The translations under genes and the position numbers were made by a program. DNA of 64,000 nt, from assembly GCF_964204645.1 (NCBI RefSeq), contig NC_134035.1, forward strand, positions 4,588,001-4,652,000. Direction: 5' to 3'. The DNA comes from Tubulanus polymorphus (lineage: Eukaryota > Animalia > Nemertea). How positions within the stretch are numbered: position 1 is the first letter of the stretch; every line of letters starts with the position of its first letter. Shown here piece after piece: positions 14,139 through 25,510 of this stretch. The notes beneath the pieces are model-generated. The model saw nothing but the letters and a program-made list of their open reading frames with translations, did no database searches and was not told the origin of the DNA.

Positions 14139-17100
14139 AGAAACGTCATACAGAGTTTCACACTTTTTAATCAATTTCCCAAGCATTTCCCCGACCTGAC
14201 GAAAAATTTTCAAATTCATTTATATCTCCGAACTGGGAATATGACTTTTTAGATAAGTTTTTTCCCAATTTCCGTGTACTGTGGGATCCAAAAACGTCAT
14301 ACAGAGTTTAACGCATTTTAATGCCAACACGATGAAATATGAAACTTTCAACTACATGCACCGAAGTACTGAATTTAAATTTACCAGCAATGATTACCTC
14401 ACTCAACACTGTACTATGATAAATGGGAACCTATAATCGAGACGTACAAAATTGTACGTTGTTATATCGCGCATTGAACAGTCGTATTCAAATTACGACG
14501 AAATTACAGTTCATCATCTCTAACGCATAGTTTCCGACATCATCGTCGTTCTGACAATTCGTTGTTGTGTCTCGGGCCAGACACGCGAGATAGCAAACCC
14601 TGGCGTAAAAGGAAGCGCGACTAGTCGACGTTGATAGTTTTCAAGTGCGACACTAATTTTTCCGCTCTCTCTATCTATCTCGCTCAGTCTATCTTGTTAA
14701 GTATTAAGGCCTAAGTCGGACAATTAACAGTTTCCCTTCATTAAGATATCTACCCAAGGCATGAAATGGTGTTGTCTAGTTATGGGGGGAAATATTTTCG
14801 GATTAGAAAAGTTAACGTCGCCAAATTGTTCGGAGAATGATCTTTTCGTCGATAAGTCATCGGAGCATTTTTACGCAAAAAAAATAAATAAGAAACAAAT
14901 ATTGCCACAGAGTTGGCCTGTATTTCGCGGGAAGCGCAAACGTGTACATGGGCTGATATTGTCGTCACTTTACAGAAGCGAGAGGGAGAGAGGGGAGAGA
15001 GACAGCGAGCGAGAGAGAGAGAGGGGAGAGCCTCGCTGGGAACAAAACCATCTGTACAAGCTCTCAACTGGAGGTGTTTTTTCAAGATGCCTGAAGCTAC
15101 ATCAGTAAGAGACAAACTAGAGTGTCGCGCATCTTCAATCTTGACATCTCTCTCTCTTTCTCTCTATCGTTCTCTCCGCACTAACAGATGCCTGTAAATA
15201 TATATCCCGAAAGATTTTTTTCTTCCCTTTCCGGTCATCTTCATAAGAAATACAGACATACAGGGGCGATTGATAGGTTTTCGGATAAGAATCTAAACGC
15301 GCGAAGTCAACACGACCCCCCCACCCCAGGAAACCATAATTTCAAATGAGTCTTAAATAGTTTAAAAAGAAACTATACGCGGGCAAGTTTGTCTTAATGA
15401 ATGGTGGCAGAATCGCGGGCGGCAGCGTATCAATTTCCATACTAGTCGACGAAACTAGAGACCGAACGCAAATCGGTTTCCGATAGTTATACATGAACAA
15501 TATCCGATATTTATTAATTAACTCGATGGAGATGAGAGCAACTTTTACGAGAGCCGTTTTAATTTTTCCGGGCGCGGCGCGCGTACGCTTGTGTGCGTTC
15601 GTGTGCATATGCTTTAACGACTCAGACAAAATGATGGACGAAATAAGAAATCTGACAATTTTCAAAACTTGCATCGAATTTTCATACGCGCTTTCAATGT
15701 CATTTAGCGCGAATGGATAATATCGTCGCGGTTCCGCCATTTTTGTTTGTTTGTTTGTTTTCTTTTTTTACAATTCTGTTTTCTTTTTTTACAATTTCGC
15801 AATGGCGCGGTATACCTGACGACGCAACAAGAGGAGACAAATACGATCAATGACCCGATACACTCGGCATCCGAATTCAATACTCGCGCGCCTTCAACAA
15901 TTCATTTTATAGAAAATCCATCTGCGGTGAACGTTTACCGCGTCTAACACCAGATAGCGCCACAAGGCACCGACGAGACTGACTACGCGTTCGAGCTGCG
16001 TTCTACCGCCCTCGAAAAAAAAAATAATCCCGTTTTTTGCGAGGTCTTCATCGGTGGCGGTCACCGGCCGTAAAATGTCTCCTGAAATTGAATTCCATCA
16101 ACGCGAATGCAATTACGCCGATCTCAATTCGATTCATTATTTAAATTAAAACTTTCTAAATCCGACGACGAGATCGCGTCTCTTTCTCTTTCTCTCTCGC
16201 TCGCTATCTTCTCTCATTTCTGCCCCCTCTCGTCGCTAACTCGATTTCGTAACAAAAGTATAAATTCGAATCGATTAAATCGCAATCAAGTTTCAATCGA
16301 GTTAATCTCCGCGCATTGTTTCAGTTCGCGTGGATTATGCAACGGTTTACAAATCCCCGGATATTGGAATTACGCCGCGCTGCTTGACCCGTGACTTTTA
16401 CCGTCGTTCGAAATGCAACCAATATCTAAAACAAGAGAGAGAGAGAGAGAGACGTGCGCAGATGCGCGCACGCGGGGACGGGATTACAATCTCTCGACGA
16501 CGTTAAAACGCTGCATCCCCCCCACCGACGACGGACTCAATTTCTCGAATAATGCACTTCGCCAATGAGCGTACGTCGAAAGCCGCGCAGATCTTCTTGT
16601 CATTTCCATAAATCTTTGTTTAAAGAAAAACAACCATTTTCATTATCAAAACCATATCGCAATTCGCAAAAGATGGCGGCCGACGTGTATAGACGTTCGG
16701 CGTGTACATCTGCACCACGTCTACGAACGGAGGAAGGTTTACCCCGGCGGTTGCGAGATTAGTTCAGCCCGATTACTGATGTGCGCACTGTGAAAATTAA
16801 ATACTTAATCAGCCATGAATGCCAGATGACCGTCCAAACGATGACATATCGTGAAATATAGATAAGCAAGGCCTGCGGGTTTGCATCACTCATACACAGA
16901 CCGAGACACAGACACTGAGTGTGTAGAGATGAGGATAGACTATCATTTAATATGCTTGAATTAGTGAAGAATTAGTTATGCATTTCAGCGTACACCCGAC
17001 AACTAAAATCTTAACAAAACATACCTCATTATGTAGAAGTGTCTATCTTGAGATCAAATTAGAGATATTCACATATTTATAAGGACTAAGTCTTGCTTTG

Positions 17101-18417
17101 AATAAAACATTCAGCCAAATTTCGATATACCTTTTTTCAATGCTCACGACAGGTCAACGCGTTCAAATGCTTAATCCAGAAATATAGAACAGAAACTATG
17201 AAATTTGCAAGCTTAAAACTGAAGTTAAATCACCTAAAAAACATTCGATATTCTAGAACAGAAATTACAACATTTCGAACATCGTAAAGATGGAATTCAG
17301 TGACGGTATTTCTTGTTTTCCGTCGTCAAAACGAATTCAGCGTCGAATATGAGACAGAGAGATAAAATGCGATGACTGAAGCTCAAAGATGATACTGACT
17401 GACTAGAGACTAGTTGAAGAGGTGATAACTGCTGTCGCTGACGACCTTGGCATCGACGACCTCCGCATCGTCATCGGGGTTTTTTTTCGGTATGAAATTT
17501 TTTGATTTGGATTGAATTGAATTACGCGGCCGCCAATTATTTTTTCGAATTTCAAAGATTTAAGGGAAAAAAATAGCCCGATGCCGACGATGAAAACGCA
17601 GTTAAATCCTCATGACCAGAAATATTTAAAACGTAGCACATATCGCGATAAGACATCAATTAACGAGAATTAATCTAATTAACATAATAAATCAGCGAGA
17701 GACCATCGGAGCTAACTAGGCTTAAAATACCGCTAGACCGTTAGAATATTACGCATATATCATTTCAATAATATATCGATGTGTTACCTATTGCACAGTT
17801 CATCTCCGAAGGCTTTTTTTAAAAGCTTTTTTTTTTCAATATCGAACGTCGGCTTCGACTGCGTGAAAACCGTACGGTTATCCAGCGTACGAATACGAGC
17901 TCAGAGAGCTAAAAAATAGAATAACCAACGCGGCACGGCGAATGCCGTCAACAACCGAATATACCGGGGGCCTTGATTGTACAAACTACAATATTCTTAC
18001 ACCATGCGAAGTCTTGTCGCATTATTAACATCGTTTAAAAGATATGAAAAAATAGGAAAAAATTGGGAAGCCGATCATCGCGGTATAGAGGCAATTCCTA
18101 ACTTATCCCTAATGTAAGTACAGCGCTTCGAGACGTTAGTGGTTTTGTTTGTTTGCGAGCGAAAAAAAAAAAAAAGAAAAAAAGAAAATGGATAACGAAC
18201 AAATGCTGGGAAAAAAACATCGAACCATCATAGATTACACATTGTTATCATTATCATTTTACCATAATTATCAATAATCATCATCGAGAACACAGCTTGG
18301 AAATAGGGGGGTTGTATACAAAGGCTATATAAAAATGTAAAAAATTCGTTTTCGGTTTTTTTCATCGTCTGACTTCGTACGTACATTGATAAAACGCGGG
18401 GGGTGCCTGTACACGGT

Positions 18418-18458
18418 AGTGGGGATTCCCTACGACGACGTAGGGGGGAATCCCCGCT
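18418..18458. promoter_or_regulatory. Inverted pair of kappaB-like sites forming a GC-rich hairpin
   Basis: GGGGATTCCC (18421-18430) and GGGAATCCCC (18446-18455). Confidence 0.3.
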
Positions 18459-19298
18459 TCGGTTTCATCGACATTTATAACTAACACCATGAAATTGATT
18501 CGCACATGTTTATAATGGGCCTTTAATGTATAACTGGATTGTTGCGAGTGATAGAGAGGAGAGAGAGAAAGAAGAGAGAGAGGAGAGAGACAAAGGAAAA
18601 TCAATCGTTATAAGAAAAAAAAATGAAAAAAAATCGATCAGATTTTTCTTTTCGATCACAAATCGGTCTACGTTTTGAGTTCGATGATTAATGTCCGTTG
18701 ATATTCGGATTTTCAAATTTGAAAAGGAGGCGAGCAATGGAGGAAAGAATTTCAGTAATAGAGAAAGAGAGAGAGGAAAGAGGGGTAGAATTGTTAATAA
18801 AAATGAAAGGATCATTTGGAATGGTTTGTATAAGTACATAACTTGCTTTTTTCAGGTGACCATATAATGGCCAAACATAAAATAAACTTGACATTGCAAG
18901 GTCGCGTGGACGCCGCAAGGTCAGGTGACAAAAATGGTTTTGTTTAAATACACATCACTAGTCTATCTTACACGTACGAGTTGCCGACGGAAACCAGACA
19001 AAATTGCATAAATTATTATTATTACTATCTTAATATTATTACATTACTGTCGTCATAGTAACAAAATCATTGTTGCCGACGATGACGACGTAGCGGTTTT
19101 GTTTTCGCCGTTGAATCAAGATATCATTTTTTTATGCGATATGATATTTTGGCACCATTCCAATAGTCTGAACGAACTCTGTGACCCTGATTCTACCTAC
19201 GGACAAAATATTTACACGGTTTTTTACTACTGCGCAGAAGATTCATCATTTGGAATCATTTATGTTTTTTCAATACGCGCCATTTTCAGTGTGTGTGG

Positions 19299-19451
19299 GG
19301 ATTAAGTAATTACAAATCCGATGACTAGTCTGAAAAGATTACAGGGTAATCCCGTTTACACACCGAGCGAGCGAGTGAGAGTGGATTGGAATCCGGGTTA
19401 ATCCGGTTGGTAATCCGCGATTCACGGATTAGCACCACTCTGTCTTAATCC
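19299..19451. promoter_or_regulatory. Cluster of six TAATCC (K50 homeodomain, Otx/Pitx/Gsc-type) motifs
   Basis: TAATCC or GGATTA at 19299, 19347, 19399, 19411, 19426 and 19446. Confidence 0.35.
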
Positions 19452-19719
19452 ACGGAATTCAACTGAATTTTTTTTTACCGAGATCATGTGGATTGTTATC
19501 GAAGGGATAGTTTTAAAACATCAATATCTACGTCTCAGCAATGCCTGGCTCTGACAACTGCTTATAAATAAATAGTTAATTAATGGTAATCAAATAATAA
19601 TAAATAAATTAGATATAACCGGATGAATCGCATACGTTAAAACGTTCACCCATTGTAAATCCCGCTTTGCACATATATTAAATCGCTACTAATTATAGTT
19701 TTAAATATCATAGAATTTA

Positions 19720-20652
19720 AAATAAAAAACCAACATATGTCGAAATGGAATGTAATATCATATATCATATCGTATATCGTTTATCGTTGTACGAAAGAGA
19801 AAAAAAAAACGAATCGTCAGAGAAAAAACTATTTTTTCAAAAAAAACAACTGACAACTTTGCGGTCAGTTGAGGACACTGGCAACAATGTCACGATCGCC
19901 ATCGTACCTACGGTAACTAGATCTAAGCGACGACCGATCGGCGACCTCGTCTGTGTGTGTGTGACCATCGCCGGTCGACGATCCTGTGTTCAGTGCGCTG
20001 TGAGTTCAATGTGTGTCGTGCGACCGTCTCGCCGCGCGCGAGCGCGGTCGGTTATCGTAAATATATATTACTAAAATTACTACTCGGTGAACTCGAAGAC
20101 TTTTTCTCTCTAAGAAACGAAAACAAAAAAAAAGAAACACTTTGTTGCGCGCGTGATCTGACGATTTTTCCGGTTTCGAATCGGTCCTCTGATTTGGGCA
20201 GACGGGCGCCGCCTCCGATAGACGCGCGATACGAGGAGTGCTCCGATCGAATTGGCTCCAGTAACATCGGGCATCGTCTGCACTGCTCGTTTTTCTGCAC
20301 TAAATACATATACAACGAGATATACATATATATATATATATCATTGGTTGTTCATATTCGTAAATATAACACGCGTGTGCGCGCGCCACCGCTTAACGGC
20401 GTGCACGCCACCAAAAAAAAGTCATTCTACTTTTTTTCGTCTTTATTTTCACTTCGTGGCAAAATCCGACCAGGAATCGTCATCGTCATCGTCATCATCA
20501 TCGTCGTCGTTGTAGTTTCATAGTCTCTACTACGCTAGTATAGTTCCGTTTCGCTGACGCGTGCGCGCACGTCGTCGCGGTGTGCGCCACCGCCGAATGG
20601 CGTGTACGACGCGGTGTGCGTGCGTGCGCGTTTGGTGTGTATTTGTGTATAG
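19720..20652 (-). other. Probable Onecut 3' UTR (end uncertain)
   Basis: Follows the TAA. Minus-strand AATAAA at 20442-20447; a GATAAA variant near 19780 is followed by a U/GU-rich tract near 19720-19735. Confidence 0.5.
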
Positions 20653-20927
20653 TTACGTTTTCGGCATGCTCTCGCGATTGTTGTTGCCGTCCTCGTCCTT
20701 CCACTTATCCAAAGATCGTCTGCGGGCATTCATGAAGAAATTGGCCACCGTGGAAACCTCCAATCCCAGCTGTTGCGCTATCGTTGCCTGCATCTCCTTG
20801 GATGGGCGCTTCGTCTCTTTGAAAATTGCATGGAGTGTGCGTCGCTGAATATCGGTGAAAACGAGACGCGGTTTTTTCGGAGCTTTGTTTTCTTCGGCCT
20901 GACTTTCTTGCTCTTTCCTCTTGCAAG
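20653..20927 (-). CDS. Onecut: ONECUT/HNF6-family transcription factor, terminal coding exon (linker + homeodomain + C-terminus); CUT exon presumably upstream, outside the window
   Basis: Manual translation after acceptor ttttctccgttcgtgttttgcag (AG at 20928-20929, phase 1) gives (A)CKRKEQESQAEENKAPKKPRLVFTDIQRRTLHAIFKETKRPSKEMQATIAQQLGLEVSTVANFFMNARRRSLDKWKDEDGNNNRESMPKT*. It has the ONECUT-diagnostic F48/M50 homeodomain (NFFMNARRR) and the same phase-1 intron before ACKRKE as vertebrate ONECUT genes. Confidence 0.97.
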
Positions 20928-21168
20928 CTGCAAAACACGAACGGAGAAAACGACGTTAAATTTCCGGAAAAAAAAACAAACATATCGCATAATCAGGGTA
21001 CATCGACGTGTGAGTTTCGTAAATATATCACAAAAGCTGAAATGAACGATGAATGAATGAATCCTGAAACGAAATATGATCGATTAATAATTCAATGCTG
21101 CAAAGTTTTCATCGATGTGTTGTTGTTGGTAGCGAGCTATGAAGAGTTCGTCTAACTCTAACGTCCAG

Positions 21169-21278
21169 GACCCAGTTCCACAGTTGTGAGTTAGAGTTAA
21201 GTCTGAGTTATAAAGTTAGTTCATTTTCAATGAGTTAACCCAGAGTCAAATCTTAACTCAGAACTGTGGAACTGGGTC
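21169..21278. mobile_element. Palindromic PIF/Harbinger-like MITE (family A)
   Basis: TIR gacccagttccacagtt / aactgtggaactgggtc with a 3-bp TSD CAG (21166-21168, 21279-21281). It is inserted into the end of a family-B element. Confidence 0.75.
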
Positions 21279-21500
21279 CAGTTGAACAGTGGTAACTTAA
21301 AGTCAAACGATGAACTGAAATCATAAGACTGGTCTTAAGTTGTTAGATAGGCTATAGAGCAAAAATGAGCTTTGAGTCATATTGACTGGTTTTAAGTTGA
21401 AAGATTAGCTATAGTACCTAGATAAGCTTACACTGGTCTTAAGTAGTTGAATTGGCTTAGACTGGTTTTAAATCTAAGCGTCAACTGTGCAACTGGCTCC
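21279..21500. mobile_element. MITE family B (ccagttgaacag ... ctgtgcaactgg, internal taagactggtcttaag repeats)
   Basis: Inverted termini; related copies at about 30770-30885 and 63010-63262. Confidence 0.6.
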
Positions 21501-21597
21501 TGGGAGCTAGAACCACAAAAAAATTCAGTACAAGATTATATTGTGATTTGAGATGCTGAGTCAGGCATCAGCTAGTTTCAATCACGACAAACTTCTT

Positions 21598-21677
21598 CGT
21601 TCAGTAAACTGATCAGTGGAAACTTTTAGTTCAGTTAACCGATCAGTGGAAACTTTTAGTTCAGTTAACTGATCAGT
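21598..21677. repeat. 30-bp tandem repeat (about 2.7 units)
   Basis: Unit gttcagttaactgatcagtggaaactttta. Confidence 0.85.
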
Positions 21678-22274
21678 CCCGAGTTGAGAGATGTCATGTT
21701 TAGAAAACCCCACAAAATCAACTACATTATAATAAAAGCCAACCCCGACGAAAAAGAAAAAATTACATATTTTCTTCACGATGAAATTTTTCATCAAGAA
21801 TAGCTCTCTTGACATTTTTGCCAGTTAAAAAAAGAAAAAAAATTTCGCCTTAGCAAAATTTCCAGAACGTTCGTCGTCCGCGCGCGTCCATTTAAAATAA
21901 TGACGACGACGTCGGAGGCTGCAGCTACGCATTCGATATCGATCGACAGATTACTAATGATTGACTGAGCAGGAATTTCGTCCGTTGTTAATTGTATCGA
22001 TCGCGCGTCGAATCGCGTCTGATTTTTTGAAACCCAATCCATGAAAATAATTGAACACCGTCCGCGCCGCCCTTAATCTTGACACTAAACAGTATCCGAT
22101 ATGACACTGTTGACGTCGACGACGACGACGGAATTAAGGCCGCACAAATATCACCGCGCTAAATGCAAACTTAAAAACCGAATACCACCACCCACCCTCT
22201 CCCAGATCAAAACATATTGCAAATGTCATCTGCGAGTGTATCCGTAAATGCTATTTAGGGTTTCATCTAGCGAA

Positions 22275-22490
22275 GGCAGCTAAAATACCATAGTTGGCAC
22301 GTGATGATACCAGCTACCATAGTTCATATCTGGTGATGGCAGCTACCAGATACCTGCACCAGATGATGCCAGCTACCAGATACTTTGTACCTGATGATAC
22401 CAGCTACCAGACACTTAGCCCCTGATGATGCCAGCTACCAAATACTTTGTACCTGATGATGCCAGCTACCAGATACTCTGTGCCTGATGA
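22275..22490. repeat. 30-bp tandem repeat (about 7 units)
   Basis: Unit ctgatgatgccagctaccagatactttgta. Confidence 0.85.
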
Positions 22491-23394
22491 TGAAATTCTA
22501 AATGCATGTCTTAGCACAAATTTCTGTGCATCTATTGATAATGCGGCAGAAACCGAATAATTACCGATGACTGGCCTTACTCGACTCAGCACGCGCTGCC
22601 GTATTAAACGTCACGCTGTTATTTGGCCGAGATTTCTCATTTTTTCTCGCATCTTTCTTTCCCGCGGTGGTGTGCTTCGTCAGGTCGTCGTCGTCGGTTA
22701 TGATCTCTGTTAACAATGGGTGTGGTTCTCATTATTACTCAGTAAGACAAACATAATGTACAGAAAAACACACCCCTATCAACCTATCTATTCACTGTCG
22801 TTAGCCGGTGGATAAATGCGTAGTAAAGTAGCTTCATTTAGGATCAAATTTCGCGAAATATTCTTCTCTTTTTTGGTATGAAATCCAGGGCGACTTCTAT
22901 ATTTGAAGAATCAATTTGCAGAACTTATACCCGCGAAACCGACACCACTTCGACAATTGCGAGTTTAATTCGACTCGAAAGAGTTGACACCAGTTCATTT
23001 CCTATTACTTCAACTCGATAGAATCGAGTTCAACTCGTAACTGTCCATCCGAGAGCCGGAATAGAGAATCACGTCCGGTGCACCGTGAACTCTACCTCCT
23101 TCACCCGTGTAAGATAACCGTATGATTGAATGCAATTACACCGGGGCCGTGGAATCTTCGCTCGCAAATTGGATCGCGCCACTTAACATCCAAATCCAAT
23201 TAACAAATTCGCTAATAATCGGTTAACTAATTAAAGCGTTAATTGAAGCGGTGGACGGACGATTAATTAAATTCGTAAAGAGCCGCTCGATGACCTAGTT
23301 ATCTATCTATACACGCGTACATCTGCCCGACGGCGATCTAAACCTGACAACCCCGACGAGGAGACAGGCGCGCGGAGGTGGCGCAAAAATACGA

Positions 23395-23750
23395 GTTTCG
23401 AATTTCGATCGATCGAAAGTAAACCTAGAATTAACTGAAACTTCAATAGATTTCTTCGCTCGTCGAATAAACAGCAATTGTTTTTTGGCGGGATGGAAGT
23501 AAACCTGGAATCGACTGAACTTCTATAGACGTGAAATCCCACAATTGTTGAAAGACTAAAAAGATTCATCTAAAATGGAGGTTCATTCTGAAACGATATG
23601 TCAAAACTACTGGGCCTGGTTTCATAGACCGAGTACCGAAGAGTGAACCCCTGATTTCGCGGGAAGCAAGCAAACCTGGAATCAACTGAACCTCTATAAA
23701 TGTCGAATCCCACTGTTGAAAGACTAAAAAGATTATCAAAAATATTAGAA
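23395..23750. repeat. Three dispersed copies of aaacctggaatcgactgaacttctataga...
   Basis: Copies near 23421, 23501 and 23672; the last two extend to gttgaaagactaaaaagatt. Confidence 0.7.
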
Positions 23751-25075
23751 ACATTTTGCGTGGTTCAGTCTAAAATGATACGTCAAACTGCCTGAAATAT
23801 TTCGAACACTTCGAATAAACATTTTAGTCTTTCGACAATTGCTGGATTTTACACGTATCATTTCGTCGCGGATATTGTGATCTTACTGATTGAATAAACA
23901 GCAATCGTTGTCGCGGGATACAAGAAGCTTCGACGTACCACTGGAAAAATACCCCATTGAAATATAATAACTACTTAATCGATTTTCTGAATTCCGCAGA
24001 AATTATAATGAAAATTAAGCTGATTAAGCAGTTTATGACGATGATGGACAGATTCCGACCAGATGGACCGCACTTCAAACGGTACCCGGTTGAAAAACAC
24101 TCAGCGCGGCAAGCTCTCTTCATCGAGGCTCGCGCGAGCGAAGGGTCTCTCCGGTAAAATTGTACCCTTCACACTTCAGACAATCTGTTCTTCGCAGGGA
24201 ACCTGTTGTGTTGGAGTACAGCTCTCAAGCCATAGCACCGCGCTACGACGACGACCGACTCTCTACAGAAAATCTGCTGTTTTTCCCTGATTGTAACCAA
24301 CAAAACACTAAAGTGTTTCGGCAACGAGGACACTTTCTTCTACTTCTCTGACGACACACGCGGGCGTGACGACATTTATTTACATATTAACGCAGATGAA
24401 TTACGCGGCCAATGAAAGAAAGTTCATCCGTGTTCAAACGCGCGGTTCAGAAATATTCGAACCGTTCTATTCGTATTTGTTTACCTCAAAAGATTGCGAT
24501 TCTTTTCTTTTTTCGAGCTTTCGTTCGTCGCGTTTATCATATCGCATCATATCGAGATCTTAACAGAAAAACGCGCTACGACGACGCTATTAGATACTGA
24601 TGAACTGAAGGGCGCAGGGAAAAGAGAGGGCGTTTTATCAATTACTCATCGGGGGGGTAAGGGGGGTTACAGAATGAATGAACAATGACAATGAAAATAT
24701 GAGTATTCTTTTTAGTCCGCTCTATTTGTACTAATTCATTAAGCGCGCCCTTCTTTCTAACGAGAGAGAGAGAATGAGAGAGAAAGGGAGAGATCGTATT
24801 AATCGTGCATCGAGGTAATAATAACTAAAGCGGATCTGATTTAATATTTCATGTGTCGTTTGTGTAGCGAGCTGCACCGCGCCGCGCCGCGTCGTGCGGG
24901 AGTTCGGCGTAAAAAATAGCTCATTGTGCATGATAGTTATAATAAAGGTGTATCTCGGAGGGGAGCCGCTCATCGCAGCTGATGATCAAGAGAAGAATTT
25001 TCCGTACGATATTAAACCGTATATCGAAACGAAGGCTGAACAGCGTTTTTAAAGGGGTTAAAAACGAGAAAATAC

Positions 25076-25510
25076 TGGATCCAGTTCGACAGTTCCATTG
25101 ATTAGATTTGACTCGGAGAATACCTCATTGAAAATGAACCGATTACAACTCTTAACTACGGGCAACTCAAAACTGTAGAACTCACATTTTACACGAGAAA
25201 CTGGGCCCAGTTCCACAGTTGTTAGATTTAACTCCGGTTGAAATCAGTTCATTTCCTATGTTTTTAACTCTGGTCAACTTTAACTCACAACTGTGGGCCC
25301 AGTTAGAGTTAACTCTGATCTCGGGATCCAGTTCCGCGATTGTGACTTAAAATCAGTTCATTTTCGATGTTTAAACTCCAGGGCCCGGTTCCAGAGTTCC
25401 GAATTAAGATTTGACTCCGAGTTAACTCATTGAAAATGAACTAACTTCAACTCTAACTCACAACTGTGGAACTGGGTCCTGAGTCAAATTTAACTCAGAC
25501 CAGTGGAAGT
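25076..25510. mobile_element. Cluster of 3-4 adjacent or nested family-A MITE copies
   Basis: Repeated (gg)cccagttccacagtt, cattgaaaatgaac and aactgtggaactggg motifs. Confidence 0.7.

Noticed and set aside
19957-20523. 188-aa plus-strand ORF
   Set aside because: Antisense to the Onecut 3' UTR and runs through microsatellites.
20527-20655. Stop-codon readthrough of Onecut (TAA followed by CTA, about 40 open codons)
   Set aside because: TAA is the least leaky stop, and the extension is low-complexity UTR sequence.
22275-22490. Repeated CTGATGA as hammerhead or snoRNA cores
   Set aside because: No stem II or correctly placed GAAA; it is a simple 30-bp minisatellite.
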